In this document: piece after piece, positions 1 through 12,011 of the stretch
How the letters are laid out: the number at the start of each line of letters is the position of its first letter
Position numbering within the stretch: the first letter of the stretch is position 1
Virus record (IMG/VR): IMGVR_UViG_3300012953_000015
Location: 32,001 to 96,000 of that record
Origin: a virus
Reading direction: 5' to 3' (one strand)
Length of the DNA stretch: 64,000 nucleotides
Made by a program: the position numbers and the translations under genes
The notes under the pieces: generated by a model
Database searches by the model: none
Told to the model about the DNA's origin: nothing
The model's input: only the letters and a program-made list of their open reading frames with translations

Positions 1-3000
1 GATAATGGGCAGGATCCTTTAACTGAGATCGAATACCATCATCTTGCTAGTATATTCGATCCCGGAAAAGTAACTACTAGGTTGGTAGAACCTACTACAT
101 CTTCACTTTTTTTGAAAAATAGCTTATTTTTATTTAGGCATATATGGTCTTACATTAAGGATTTCACTTACGAACAAATCACATATCAGCAAGAAAACGT
201 TCAAAATTCTCTTAATAATGTTGGCTCAATCGTCGCTTTCGGTTTCCTAGAACATAGAAGAGGAGGAGATGGCTTTCCGGAAAGTGATCTAATCCGAGCA
301 GATATGCAAGGATCTAATTACGCTCGAGCGTTAAAAATAAGAAAGATTCTTTTTAATGCTAGGGCTCAATCGCTTTTCAGAGATGCGCCAATAGTGAATT
401 CAGCATCAAGCTACAGCTTTGAATCAATGATATCAGAGAACCCATCTGATGCAGATGATATCCAGGATGCTTTTTTGCCTCAGATAAAGGTAACAGTTGG
501 CGAAAATCCAGAAAACACTCGGAACGTGATATATTGCCCTTATTTAGTAGATGATGTTAAATTCGTTACAAATTCTGGTCAAGAAGTTAGGGTAGTAACA
601 GCTAGAGATCTTTTAAAAATAAAAAAAAGGATAGGAGATATCTTGCTATCTACATCTCCAGATACAGAAGCAAGAACTCGCAATCAAGAAAATATCGTTA
701 AAGATGTACATGCATCAGACTCTGCATTTACTATTAGCATTATTGACTCTTTCCTAAGGCGTTTAGTTCCTTTGGAAAGAGATTTTGATCCTAAGGGAGA
801 ACCCGGTTCTCCTATGCCAATAAGACAAGCTCGAGCTAATCCAACCTACAGCCACGGAAGATTAGCAAAGCTAAATGTTTTATTAACTCCGGAAAATATA
901 GTTGCTCACATTGGAAAGAGGAAGTTAGGAAAATACCTTTTCGATCTTTCTCTTAATTACGAATATTACACGACAAATCATAACAGGGTCAGTAACTATG
1001 CTCCTACTGCTAATCAAGGATTCGCTGTTAAAGTCTATGATTCATCCTCGCCTGGTGCAGCAACATCAGCAGCCGGCTTAAGGCAGATAATAGAAGAAGA
1101 TTTTCGAGTAGGTCACGGTGATGGAGATCCTGCAATATTTACTTACTTAGAACAGTCAGAAGCTAGGCTACAAGCTAACAATGGTAGGTATAACAGTTCT
1201 GGTTTTAATATGCTAAGTGAAACCGCTGGTTCAATAAACGTAGCAGCCGGAGGTGATATCCCGAAAGAGATGCTGAGTTTGTTAAACTGTAGCGTTCTTC
1301 GCACCCGCTTTCCAGGGGTTTCAAAAGCAAAAATCAAATTTGCAAGAAAGTTTTATATTCTATTATCAACGTTAGGTCAAATAGCTGGTGACTTCGCCAA
1401 CATGGACCGAGATGGAGAAACGAATGTTCGACTTCCTTATTTTATGGCCCAGAAAAGAAAGGTCAAGGCTCAAACTTCTTCAAACAGCGAAGCTTTTGAA
1501 AATGTGAACCAAGTTAACTTTGGTTCTAATGCAGATTTAGCAGATCTTATATTTCACGACTTTATACAAAGATGCAATAAACTCACAGGCATAGACAGAG
1601 TCGCATATTTACAAGTTCTTGGAGACGATGCCCCCGGTATACCTGAATCACTCGCTGCTCTATTTCGACAAAATAGTATCATGTCAGTAGCAGCTCCTCA
1701 AAATCATGATTGGAAATTCTCTAACTTACCGGTGCAAGAATATCTATTAATAATAGAGTACGTCAGTTCTATTCTTGTTGATGATTATCTAAGATCAATA
1801 ATTCAACAAAGCTTTGTAATAGAACAAGAGATGAGCCAAATTCCACGGAACTTAAACGAAATTGAAAGAGTTTATCGTGATACTCTAGCGCAAGCGATGA
1901 CATATATATTGGACGGGCAGGTAGAATCTTTGGATAATGCCGGCCCAGAGACGCAAGCAAACATTCTCTCAAAGCTTGAAAAGTATTTTTCCAATGTTTC
2001 TGGCGGATCGATAAATTATTTTAATGTAGTAAAAGATTATTTATTTGGTGCTCCTCAAAGTTCATATAGATCTGCGACTGAATCTAATATGGAAGCAACA
2101 GAAACTTTAAATTTGAGGAATTTTAATGGAGATGTTGAAACTCGTTCTTTAGCATCTTCCGTATATGGCATAGGCGCAGGTGGATTGCTATCAGGGACAG
2201 GTTTTGCAGGCGTTTTAATCGATCCCGATAATGCTAGCAGGGTTAATGAAGATGTTCATAGAGAGCTAAAAACTCATATTCTAAAATTGGATAGAGAAAC
2301 TAATATTTTAGTATTATTTTCAGAGTTTATATGCGGTCAACTTTTTTATGGTATAGATCATCCTTTAGGAACTACTGATAATTATGATTTATTTCATTCT
2401 TTTTCAGATTATGAGCCTAATTCACTAGGCATTTTAAATATGCTCTTTAATCCCACCAACGATGATCTAGCCGACGAATACGAAAATCCCGCCATGGACC
2501 GCAGCGATACTGGGGAATTTGTTTCATCTTTTCTCGAGAACCCTTCTCACCTGCCGCATAAGCATCTTACTGAAGTCATATTGGAATACATAGAAATATG
2601 TGATAGCATCATAGAAACTCTTCCTAGGGTTAATTTTGAGTTAAAAAATACAATCAATGATTATCATCTAGGCCAGCATGATGACAGAGACGTTAGATAT
2701 GCCACTGGCAACGGAGAGTACGGAATTGATTCTGCTGGAGCGAATTACACAAATGAATTTGGCCCAAATCAAAATGATCTTGATCTTGCCATCCACGCCG
2801 AGCAAAATGCCCTACTCACCAACCCGACTCAATTCGGTGCCCTTTCGACTATTGATCAGGGCAGCGCTTTTTTTGATGCAGGAAACAATCAAGAAAGATT
2901 AGAAGAACATGCTAACGCTTTCAACAATTATCTTCAAAGGGCTAATGACTATTTTAGAGCAGCTTCAAAGGTCCTGTCAGTGCAACCAACTTTTAGGTTA

Positions 3001-6000
3001 TCTATAGTCAGAAACCGTGCCGTCGGCCATGACGATTCATTTTCTAAAATCAACGCTTTAGGGTTTTTACCTCATATATCTATCCAAACTGAGTATACCC
3101 AGCAATTAGCAAGAGAGATTTGTGAAAAATTTCAGACTGCAAATTCAGATTATTCAGCGGCTTCTGACGCGTCTAGAGATGTTCATCAACGCCCCTTCAT
3201 TATCGGTAATTCTTTTTATGATCGAATCGGCTTAGAGCCGGCTTTTGACGATCATATTAGTCCAAGCCCAAATAACGACTCAAGAAATTCGGCTGCAGGA
3301 AGTTTACACCATTTATCAATACCCCATGGTATATCTCTCGATGAATTCGTAAAAACGATGTATCATGATATGGAAAATGTTTTAAGAGAAGCTGGAAATA
3401 ATGCAAGAGCAGACCGGCTTAACAATAATGTCTTTCCTGCGTTCGATGGCCGGAGGATAACAAATATAATCCCTTTTTATAAGAATAGAGTATCTACTTA
3501 TAAGCAGGCAGGCATCGCAGCTGAAGCAGAGTACGATGAAGTAAGTACTTTTTATGGTTATCCTGTAAACGCTTTTAAAAAGAGAGATCGACAACAAGTA
3601 GAACTGGGCAACGGTCTAAGGGAGTCAACCAGTGGCCATGGCCATGCTTCTAAATCGACCTTGGTAACTAATGATGTTCAAGGTCTCGAATCAGCCAGAC
3701 TTCGTATACAAGAAAGAGACTATGACGAAGGAAATTTAAATCATGATAAGAGATTTTATGATATTGATCGAATAACAAGGAGATTAATCAACCCCAACCC
3801 ACGGCGCCGGGATTTTGAGCCGACTGCAATAAATCAAGATTTTGCAGATTTTATTGCTCGTGAAATTTATCTAAACGATATAGCAGTAATACCTCCGAGT
3901 TGGTATGCAGAACTTCATAAAAAGTTTCCCCCTATTCAAGAAATGGAACTAAAAAAAGATTTGTTTCTTTCGATAGGAGGAGACGGGACGGCAAATATCA
4001 ACCCGCAACTCGCCGTTCCTAATGAAGGCGAAATTTTAAACTCTTTAGGGCTTAGTAAAGACATAAAAGGGATAGTAACTCAAGGCACTGAAGATACCGG
4101 TTTAAGTACATCTTCTACGTATATAGAGGTTAAATACAGGGTTAGAAAAATAAAATATAAGTTTCATCGTGCTCATGGGGCGGCTCCTTTCTTTAATACT
4201 GATAAAATTGGACAAAGCACTCACTTTGTTACATTCAACCCTGAGCCCAATCGAGTTAGAGCATCTACTATAGGTTTTATGCCAGATCGTTTCGGCCCGC
4301 AAGTTGGCCCAACTAGCCCTGTCAATGGTGCATATCAACTAGTGGAAGAAGAAGGGTCAACTACACTTCAACACTATGTATCCAGCAGATCAAAAAGAGC
4401 TTACTGGATGCCCTTATATGAAAAAATGGGCAAGAACTTTGCCGGTGAAGGACTAACCCAACCGAACCCTCCTTACGTCGGTTTTTCTAAATTACGAGAT
4501 TTAAAAATTAATTCTATTCAAGTTTCAAACTTGAAAGTAAGATCTAAAAATTTCGCTTATCAAATGTCTAAGATGTCAAATCTTTTCCAATATATGGAGA
4601 AGTATCAACCTACTTCGACTAACCAGCACTCAGTTGGGATGAAAGCTTTTGATAACATGTTTTATGATGCGCTTACTGGCGGAGGAAGGTTCCATTCCAC
4701 CCTTACTAATGTTTTGACTGATGCCGGTGCCCAGCGTACTACGCATTGGCAGAGTGAGTTTAACGAAACAACCGAAGGCAATAGCAACTTAGAGCTAGTT
4801 TTTCCTCATTGGAGTAGAGACGGTTTTGAAGCAATCAGGAATCCAAATAACATATTTGAAAGAATTTCTCTTTTAAGTAAGCCCGTGACCGAAAAACAAG
4901 TAGATCATCTTGAAATCCCAAACCATCGGGAGCATGCTTACGGAGGTCGAGCTACAGGGTTTATTAGAAGCATTCTAGCGCAATCTCCTGCTACTTTATT
5001 AGAATACTTAAGAACTCCTTACAATGGCAGCAAAAAGTTTTTGACTCACCCAGGTAGTGACTACAGCGAAAATGTTTTATATGATGCGTTTGGCCAAAAA
5101 AACGTTTACACGGAGGGCCGACGTAACTACTGGGCTGATCTAGATTCTCCAGTTTATGGTTATTTTAATGCAAATCAGTCTAGGCGTTTTAACAGTAAAA
5201 CTACCATGGTCTATCAGCCTATCAGATCACCCATGTTTGATCAGCTTGAAAAGGACTCGGCCGGTCGCAATCAGGTTTCCAATACTCGAAAGCGATATAC
5301 CCAGAATCAAAATGCAACTGGCACCGACCTTCCAAGGATCGCGGGAGATACCTCTCAACCTTCTGAGAAAAATTCAAGCGTAATATGGCTAAGGCACGAT
5401 CCTACTAAATTTGAAATATTTTATGCTAAAGCTAAAGCTTTGTGGCTTCAAAATAAACCCGGAATAGGCAATGACTATAAGCCAAACTCTGATTGGGCAG
5501 ATTTCGATCATTCTTTTTCCGACAACATGATGGAAATCCCGGTATTAGATGAAGTTTTCGTTAGGATCAACTCAATGGCTCCTCCAGAGCATGGCAAAAC
5601 AGGACGATTGCGAGTTGGTTATGATACTACAGATACGGAAGCTAAAGGAAATTGGGACAGAGGATATCGTTTTTATGATTATTATCTCGGTCAATCATCT
5701 TTTGACTTATTTCAGAATGGTTTTGCTTATGCCGCGCCATATAAATTAAAAGCTCCACATGCGTTTGCCCCGGATAGTAATGTTAGAGATCACTTATATC
5801 ACAGGAATCAAAAGCTAGGTTCGCTCAATTCACATTCACCAGAAGGAGATGCTTTTTTCCCCGCTCCTGTTAGGTTCGGAGGAAACAACACTTGGTGCGT
5901 TCATTTTCCGGATGACGGCGCTAGAAGCGTATACGGAGCACATTCGAAGCAAAGGTACTCTGAGTATTTCTCTCAACCGTTTCACTCTAGCTCGCCTAGA

Positions 6001-9000
6001 ACTGTTGCTGGGCATCAGCTAAATCTCAGACAAAACTTTATGTATGCTACTAACGGCGGAACTATCAAGTATCGGATTGGCGATAATGGCCAAGATACAA
6101 CAGAAATGTTAGATGTCAACTCTAACTCTGTTCATTTATCCCACGTAGGAAATAAAGTTAGGCCAATACTCGAAAGGGTGAACTACGTTGAAGCTCTTAA
6201 TCCAGTTAATGATTTTTATTCAGATTTTGATTCTGACGTAACTTTTGGAACACAAACAAATCTTTTTAGACATTCAGTTTTTCAATGGGATCAAAATAGC
6301 GGTGGTAAATACCACTTCAGGCCTGGGAGTAATTTGAATAAAAGGGTAGAAGACCACAGAATATTCCAGCATGTTCCATATAAAGATGTTAGAGTCACAG
6401 CAAGGGACGATGATAAAATTACACGTAGGTTTTTTGACTATTCTCCAATGAGGCAATTAGATTTGCAGCATGGTGATCCAACTGTAGTTTACGATCCTGT
6501 ATGGTATTACCCGGGTGATTTGTGGCACACTTCTTATTTCACATCGAAGCCCTTACCACGCGGTAAAATGTTGTTTAATGAAGATCGCTTTGTTCATTCT
6601 CCTTCTTATGCTTTTGCTAATAAATACGAATTTCTTGATTTTCTAGACTATGATAAAAATGCAAGAGTAAAAACTCCTGGTTTTGCAAAAAATTCAGTCT
6701 TTAGCTCTAATCCATTCGATTTTGGAAGAACGACCCATTTGTACTCAGCCGGGTTACAGACCAACAGTGTTGCTGAGCATAACCACGGGCAAGGTTTTAC
6801 CCAAGATACAGTTCCATTCAGTTACTACTCTTTAAATGCCGACGGCATGAATTCTGGTACGTTAATGGCAAACTTTTCAATGATAAGGCAATTAACTAAT
6901 AAATTTGAAACATTGATGGCAGCCGACTCTGTCAATCACGGCGAAACATTTGATCAAGCATTCGGTGCTGATCTTCCTAGAGAACTCCAATCACGTGCAA
7001 GAGCTCTATCGGGATACGAAGCAGATTTCATAATGCAGAAGCAAGATTACGGTAATCCTTCCCTAGATCCTAGGCAAGACCTCACAAACTACTGGAAAGA
7101 ATCTACAGACAAGCAGCTCTATAAATCAGAAGATCCTGAAGGAGTAAAATATAACGTTATGCAAAGGGCTTACTACATATCTAGTCAATTGCCGCTGACT
7201 CATGCTCGTTCTATTTTTATGACTTCTAACGACTCCGTCTCGGAAGAGAATCCATACGGTGAAGATGATGTAGACGTAGACTTTTTTAAATATCTTCCTC
7301 ATCATGCTGGATATACTACTCCACAAGAAAATGAAGCGCAAATAGCGTCCTTTCAAGAATCTAATAACGGTACATATTATGGTTACGAACCCATATCATA
7401 CTCTCCGTTTTCTTTAAAGGATTCTACTTGGGATTCTACTCAATCTGCTTCACCAGAATTTGCTCTTTTTAATAGATCTGAAAGCTTTGAAGAATTAATA
7501 GACTTTGGAAATGAAGGGACTAGTATAAATTTTCCCGAAACACAGTCGATCGACGGTTTACCATTCGACTACAATTTCTTGACAGATCGTGATGATCGTA
7601 TCTTTCAAGTAGTGAGATATCATAGAACAGAGAGAATTTACTTAGTATATCAAGGTGATCAAAGGGACCGGTTGTTTACTCATTGGACTAAATCCGAAGT
7701 TCCAGATACTTTTGATAAATTATCTCCTTTAGAAATTTCTACATTAAGGCCTTTAAGTGAACTGAAAGAGTACACTATTGATGTAAACTTAAAATTAAAT
7801 GCAGAGGCGTATTATGCTCTTCGGGAGGAGAATTATGGCGGTTCTAACCCAAACGATGACAGATTCATAAGCGCTGATAATTCGCACTTTGTGGCCGGAA
7901 AGCCACAAGACCATCACTCCGTTACTCGTACTTCTGATTATACAGGCACGGGTAATGCAAAGCATCTAACATTAAACCATGCTTTAGATAGAAACTTTAT
8001 TAGTAAAAGAACTCGTAATTCTAATTCTAAGTTTGGTTTTAATGATGTAATTTACAATAATTCAATACGCGACGGCGGTCATATTGCTATGTATAAAGGA
8101 TCTACTGACCAAACTGTATTGGATTCGGGAAATATCCGCCCAACCACCGTCTTAGGCAATCCTTGGAGAGAATCTGAGAGGGATATATCTAAGTGCTTTG
8201 ACGATGTTTTGTCACGCGAAAGTGGATCTGATGATGAAAACATAATTGAGGGAACAACTTTCAAAGTACCTCTCTTTTTTGAAGCTCCTATAGGAAAATA
8301 CTTAACAGAAATTTTCAAAAGAGAACCAGAACAAATACAAGAGAGTGATACAAGTCTCTATAGCAATTACCCGGAAAAGCCTTATCCATTTCACCCTTCT
8401 TCTGATAATTCCGGTATGTCACAGCCGGCAATCGGCCGAGATAATTTAACACACGTTAATTTTTCTTCTGATATCGATGCAAGAGTAAAAGCCGAAAAAT
8501 ATTATAAAGCTCTAGAAAATACTCATTATTGGTTACACGAAGCCCACACTGAAAATGCTAGAGTAAGAAGGAATCTTCCGCTCTTAGGACAAGTTAGATT
8601 TCACGAACATGAAGTTATGGGAATGTCTTACGCAAAATTTCATAGAGATATGGCAGAGAGAGTAAGAAATCATAACATCGTTAATGCAAGAAATGCAAGA
8701 GTTACTTTGACTGAAATGAAAACTAGGATCAATAGCTATCAGCACTATGCTCGGTACGTTGTCGCTCAAGATGGCATTCACGAAGGAGCTTTATATTTTC
8801 AACCTAGGTTTGCAAGAAACCCTAGAGATGCTAATATTAATAGCAATTCACCCCATTCTACAGATTTTCTCTTTTACCAAGACGCAAATAACGCATCAAT
8901 AGATTCGGCTGATACTTCTTCCGGTGGTCACCGCACCGATCGTATAAGCTCTATGCATTGGGTCGGTGGAGAATGGAGAACAGATTGGCAGAAGAAAGAA

Positions 9001-11997
9001 GCCACCTTTCTTTTTGAAGATCGTCACTCTCCCTACACCAACGATGGATATGACATACCATTAGCATCTTATCAAATAAATTATTCGCGAATGATAGCTA
9101 AAGGATGGGAAAGTTCTACTCCAGGCGATGTATTAAATTGGACTCAAGATTTCGGCGGCGGAGTAATATCATATGCCGGTGACAATTCAGTGACGCACCG
9201 TTTTCATGGTGTAACTCAAGCCCAAGTTAATTCTCCGAACACTAGAGCTCAAGCAAAAACTAGCTTTTATCCTTATAATATTCCTAGACATGCAGTAGGT
9301 CCATATTCTAAAAAATTTAAAGTTCCTAGTGGAAACGCTACTCCGGAACTCGGTGCTGATCAATTAGATCCCCGTGCACATGGGTATTTTAGACCAGCTA
9401 TTATTAAAGACAACGAAAACACTCTCGTAGCTCGGTACAACTACCTTATTGGTGGTCATTACCCTCACTTAGAAGAGCCTTTATATCCTCTTTTTGGATC
9501 ACAAGGAGACCCTTTATATACGGAAGAGTTTGCATATCATTCCTCCCAAGCCGCAATAGCCGGCAACCACGCGCAGCAATATGGGCAAGCATACTCATTT
9601 GACAAAATTCAAAGAGTTGTTGATGCTGGATCTGCTCGAACAGTACCCGGCCTTTCTGGAAGAGACTATAATGATGAGAGAACTGAGAGGATGATACTGA
9701 CTAGAACACCAATTATTAATTCTTGGTATGAAGAGTTTCCAGTGGTAGATATGACTTGTGCAATTAAAACTAAGACCATAACGAGGTTTCCAAACGTTTA
9801 CTACGATTTAGATTACACTGAAATAGCTAACAATTCCTCGGGTCTTCGCGGCGTCAATTATCTCGAAGAATCTTATCTTGAACCTAAGACAATCAGAAGT
9901 CAAGTTATTAAAGCTACTACTTCTCTTGAAAACAAATATGTAAAGATTTTGCTTTCTTATAAAAAATATATGCAAAAATTTCAAGCTTCTGAATACTATA
10001 TGTCAAAAGTTTATCAAAAAACTTTAAACAAAATACTTGAGCTTCATTCACTAACAGCGGAAAATTTTGAACTGCTTCCAGAACACCTAAAGGAATATGC
10101 TATTAGTCTTCCATTTTTCGTAAATAATGGATTTACTAAAATAACACCGCACGTGTTAAGTAATTTAGCAGCGCTTCATAATGTTGTTACTAATAATCTT
10201 GAATTAGAGCATAGTCATATAAAAATCAAAAAAACTAGTTTCTTTAAAAACGAAGGCGGTACACCAGGTTTAGCTCTCCCAATACCTGGACAAATGTCAA
10301 TTTTACCTAACGTTGATCATCCAAAATACTATAGTGCTGGTAATGAAAATTCTAATTATCATAGCCTTTATTCTTTTCTAGATCTTGAAAAACAGCTCTA
10401 TTCAGCCGGCTTTCTTAAGCCGAACTCTAGGGTTTGCTTTGTTGGCGTAAAATCGGGAGAATTATCTAGGATATTCGATGCAGCAAAGTTGTCTGGAGAT
10501 GGTGATAACCCCACAGAAACGACAGGACTGACTAATTACAGCAACCAACCTTTTGTTTCTGTTGAATTAGAAATGATTGATCCTTTTAGACCATGGTTTG
10601 TTTTTAAGAAAATTAAAAAATTTATTCCTCTAGCTTATGTTACTCAAATAAAAACTGGAGAGTTAAGCAATTCTTTAGAAAACAATCCTGAGACAATTCG
10701 AAATATGCTGAAAGCTATTAAATTAACAAATTTCCCAGACAGGACTAACAACAACGAAGAAGAATTTGATTTTGGTTTCATGATGCGCGATGGTGGTAGT
10801 TTAAATTTTTCTGATGCTTCTTTAATGAACCCATCTGACCCGGATGGAAATCCAGCTGGTAGAATTAATCATATGGATGCTCAGACTTTTCTTGATGATT
10901 TGTCTTTACTTGGTTTAGAGTCTAATGATTTATCCGGTGGCTTACTAGTGAATGTTTTCACAAAAATGTACGCGCGTCAAGTTCTAGGTCTTGAATTCAA
11001 TCACACGATGGTACCAAAAATAGATATAAGACAATTTCTACCTCCGCAAGATGATCCAAAAAATGTAAGTGATCCAACGCTAGGAGAGAAAAATTATAGT
11101 CAAAATATTAAATACAACACCGAGTACATTCTCCGATGCTTAAGCCCCGTGCCCGGAGGTTCGGACGGTAGAGCAGCTGATCGTCGCGTTAGAAGAAAAT
11201 TCCTAAAGTACTTTTTTGATAGACATGAATTAGAAGGAGTTACAACATCCGATGGATATCCTCACTATACTGAGTTTGATCCTCAAACGTCTAGATATGA
11301 AGTTTTAGAAACTGATGATGGACAATTTAGCATTTTTAATAATGATTTGACCAATCTTACTTTAGAAGAATTAAGACTTTTCAACAGTGTTTACTCTAAT
11401 ATGATGAGTGAAAATAATGACTTTTTAAATCAAACGTACTCGACGTCTACTGCAATTGATGATGTTAAAAAAGCACATTTTGGAAATTATTTGAGAATTC
11501 GGTCAAGAGGGATTTTTGATTCAAGAAAAATACTCAGACCTTTTAGTTTTAAAGAACCAATAAATTCAGTCTCTTTGAGAGCAGCAGAAATACTTTCTAA
11601 CTTAAATCAAACTTATAGTAGTCCTACTGACTATTTAGAAGAATATAGCCATGGCTTTAAGTTTGATTTTATTTTTGGCATTAGTTATCGATTAGAAGAT
11701 TTTGAAATTGTCTCTGTTAGAAGTAAGCTAGACGGTATGGATTTCCAATCTTATTCCCCAGATGACCGGAGAATACAAAATCTAATAGAAGATGCAGCAC
11801 AAGCGGGTGGTATAAAACAACTAAATAACGACGAAAGGATGCTCGTCTCAACTCTAGTTCCATATTTAATTGTTGAAGAACCTGAGCCTCCCGTGGTTCA
11901 GGGAGACAGAGTAAAACTGAAACCTAGCCCAAATATGGTTAACCCTCTTACCATGCGAGTGAGAATTGTGAAGACCACCACTGGCGATATAGGATAG
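1..11997 (+). CDS. Giant hypothetical protein (>3990 aa, 5'-truncated), probably virion/baseplate-associated
   Basis: Frame 1 has no stop from base 1 to TAG at 11995-11997, so the TTG at 82 in the ORF track is not the real start. No catalytic motif recognised. Lies directly upstream of baseplate-type genes. Confidence 0.6.
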   Translation, partial: DNGQDPLTEIEYHHLASIFDPGKVTTRLVEPTTSSLFLKNSLFLFRHIWSYIKDFTYEQITYQQENVQNSLNNVGSIVAFGFLEHRRGGDGFPESDLIRADMQGSNYARALKIRKILFNARAQSLFRDAPIVNSASSYSFESMISENPSDADDIQDAFLPQIKVTVGENPENTRNVIYCPYLVDDVKFVTNSGQEVRVVTARDLLKIKKRIGDILLSTSPDTEARTRNQENIVKDVHASDSAFTISIIDSFLRRLVPLERDFDPKGEPGSPMPIRQARANPTYSHGRLAKLNVLLTPENIVAHIGKRKLGKYLFDLSLNYEYYTTNHNRVSNYAPTANQGFAVKVYDSSSPGAATSAAGLRQIIEEDFRVGHGDGDPAIFTYLEQSEARLQANNGRYNSSGFNMLSETAGSINVAAGGDIPKEMLSLLNCSVLRTRFPGVSKAKIKFARKFYILLSTLGQIAGDFANMDRDGETNVRLPYFMAQKRKVKAQTSSNSEAFENVNQVNFGSNADLADLIFHDFIQRCNKLTGIDRVAYLQVLGDDAPGIPESLAALFRQNSIMSVAAPQNHDWKFSNLPVQEYLLIIEYVSSILVDDYLRSIIQQSFVIEQEMSQIPRNLNEIERVYRDTLAQAMTYILDGQVESLDNAGPETQANILSKLEKYFSNVSGGSINYFNVVKDYLFGAPQSSYRSATESNMEATETLNLRNFNGDVETRSLASSVYGIGAGGLLSGTGFAGVLIDPDNASRVNEDVHRELKTHILKLDRETNILVLFSEFICGQLFYGIDHPLGTTDNYDLFHSFSDYEPNSLGILNMLFNPTNDDLADEYENPAMDRSDTGEFVSSFLENPSHLPHKHLTEVILEYIEICDSIIETLPRVNFELKNTINDYHLGQHDDRDVRYATGNGEYGIDSAGANYTNEFGPNQNDLDLAIHAEQNALLTNPTQFGALSTIDQGSAFFDAGNNQERLEEHANAFNNYLQRANDYFRAASKVLSVQPTFRLSIVRNRAVGHDDSFSKINALGFLPHISIQTEYTQQLAREICEKFQTANSDYSAASDASRDVHQRPFIIGNSFYDRIGLEPAFDDHISPSPNNDSRNSAAGSLHHLSIPHGISLDEFVKTMYHDMENVLREAGNNARADRLNNNVFPAFDGRRITNIIPFYKNRVSTYKQAGIAAEAEYDEVSTFYGYPVNAFKKRDRQQVELGNGLRESTSGHGHASKSTLVTNDVQGLESARLRIQERDYDEGNLNHDKRFYDIDRITRRLINPNPRRRDFEPTAINQDFADFIAREIYLNDIAVIPPSWYAELHKKFPPIQEMELKKDLFLSIGGDGTANINPQLAVPNEGEILNSLGLSKDIKGIVTQGTEDTGLSTSSTYIEVKYRVRKIKYKFHRAHGAAPFFNTDKIGQSTHFVTFNPEPNRVRASTIGFMPDRFGPQVGPTSPVNGAYQLVEEEGSTTLQHYVSSRSKRAYWMPLYEKMGKNFAGEGLTQPNPPYVGFSKLRDLKINSIQVSNLKVRSKNFAYQMSKMSNLFQYMEKYQPTSTNQHSVGMKAFDNMFYDALTGGGRFHSTLTNVLTDAGAQRTTHWQSEFNETTEGNSNLELVFPHWSRDGFEAIRNPNNIFERISLLSKPVTEKQVDHLEIPNHREHAYGGRATGFIRSILAQSPATLLEYLRTPYNGSKKFLTHPGSDYSENVLYDAFGQKNVYTEGRRNYWADLDSPVYGYFNANQSRRFNSKTTMVYQPIRSPMFDQLEKDSAGRNQVSNTRKRYTQNQNATGTDLPRIAGDTSQPSEKNSSVIWLRHDPTKFEIFYAKAKALWLQNKPGIGNDYKPNSDWADFDHSFSDNMMEIPVLDEVFVRINSMAPPEHGKTGRLRVGYDTTDTEAKGNWDRGYRFYDYYLGQSSFDLFQNGFAYAAPYKLKAPHAFAPDSNVRDHLYHRNQKLGSLNSHSPEGDAFFPAPVRFGGNNTWCVHFPDDGARSVYGAHSKQRYSEYFSQPFHSSSPRTVAGHQLNLRQNFMYATNGGTIKYRIGDNGQDTTEMLDVNSNSVHLSHVGNKVRPILERVNYVEALNPVNDFYSDFDSDVTFGTQTNLFRHSVFQWDQNSGGKYHFRPGSNLNKRVEDHRIFQHVPYKDVRVTARDDDKITRRFFDYSPMRQLDLQHGDPTVVYDPVWYYPGDLWHTSYFTSKPLPRGKMLFNEDRFVHSPSYAFANKYEFLDFLDYDKNARVKTPGFAKNSVFSSNPFDFGRTTHLYSAGLQTNSVAEHNHGQGFTQDTVPFSYYSLNADGMNSGTLMANFSMIRQLTNKFETLMAADSVNHGETFDQAFGADLPRELQSRARALSGYEADFIMQKQDYGNPSLDPRQDLTNYWKESTDKQLYKSEDPEGVKYNVMQRAYYISSQLPLTHARSIFMTSNDSVSEENPYGEDDVDVDFFKYLPHHAGYTTPQENEAQIASFQESNNGTYYGYEPISYSPFSLKDSTWDSTQSASPEFALFNRSESFEELIDFGNEGTSINFPETQSIDGLPFDYNFLTDRDDRIFQVVRYHRTERIYLVYQGDQRDRLFTHWTKSEVPDTFDKLSPLEISTLRPLSELKEYTIDVNLKLNAEAYYALREENYGGSNPNDDRFISADNSHFVAGKPQDHHSVTRTSDYTGTGNAKHLTLNHALDRNFISKRTRNSNSKFGFNDVIYNNSIRDGGHIAMYKGSTDQTVLDSGNIRPTTVLGNPWRESERDISKCFDDVLSRESGSDDENIIEGTTFKVPLFFEAPIGKYLTEIFKREPEQIQESDTSLYSNYPEKPYPFHPSSDNSGMSQPAIGRDNLTHVNFSSDIDARVKAEKYYKALENTHYWLHEAHTENARVRRNLPLLGQVRFHEHEVMGMSYAKFHRDMAERVRNHNIVNARNARVTLTEMKTRINSYQHYARYVVAQDGIHEGALYFQPRFARNPRDANINSNSPHSTDFLFYQDANNASIDSADTSSGGHRTDRISSMHWVGGEWRTDWQKKEATFLFEDRHSPYTNDGYDIPLASYQINYSRMIAKGWESSTPGDVLNWTQDFGGGVISYAGDNSVTHRFHGVTQAQVNSPNTRAQAKTSFYPYNIPRHAVGPYSKKFKVPSGNATPELGADQLDPRAHGYFRPAIIKDNENTLVARYNYLIGGHYPHLEEPLYPLFGSQGDPLYTEEFAYHSSQAAIAGNHAQQYGQAYSFDKIQRVVDAGSARTVPGLSGRDYNDERTERMILTRTPIINSWYEEFPVVDMTCAIKTKTITRFPNVYYDLDYTEIANNSSGLRGVNYLEESYLEPKTIRSQVIKATTSLENKYVKILLSYKKYMQKFQASEYYMSKVYQKTLNKILELHSLTAENFELLPEHLKEYAISLPFFVNNGFTKITPHVLSNLAALHNVVTNNLELEHSHIKIKKTSFFKNEGGTPGLALPIPGQMSILPNVDHPKYYSAGNENSNYHSLYSFLDLEKQLYSAGFLKPNSRVCFVGVKSGELSRIFDAAKLSGDGDNPTETTGLTNYSNQPFVSVELEMIDPFRPWFVFKKIKKFIPLAYVTQIKTGELSNSLENNPETIRNMLKAIKLTNFPDRTNNNEEEFDFGFMMRDGGSLNFSDASLMNPSDPDGNPAGRINHMDAQTFLDDLSLLGLESNDLSGGLLVNVFTKMYARQVLGLEFNHTMVPKIDIRQFLPPQDDPKNVSDPTLGEKNYSQNIKYNTEYILRCLSPVPGGSDGRAADRRVRRKFLKYFFDRHELEGVTTSDGYPHYTEFDPQTSRYEVLETDDGQFSIFNNDLTNLTLEELRLFNSVYSNMMSENNDFLNQTYSTSTAIDDVKKAHFGNYLRIRSRGIFDSRKILRPFSFKEPINSVSLRAAEILSNLNQTYSSPTDYLEEYSHGFKFDFIFGISYRLEDFEIVSVRSKLDGMDFQSYSPDDRRIQNLIEDAAQAGGIKQLNNDERMLVSTLVPYLIVEEPEPPVVQGDRVKLKPSPNMVNPLTMRVRIVKTTTGDIG

Positions 11998-12011
11998 AGA
12001 GAACGATTTCA

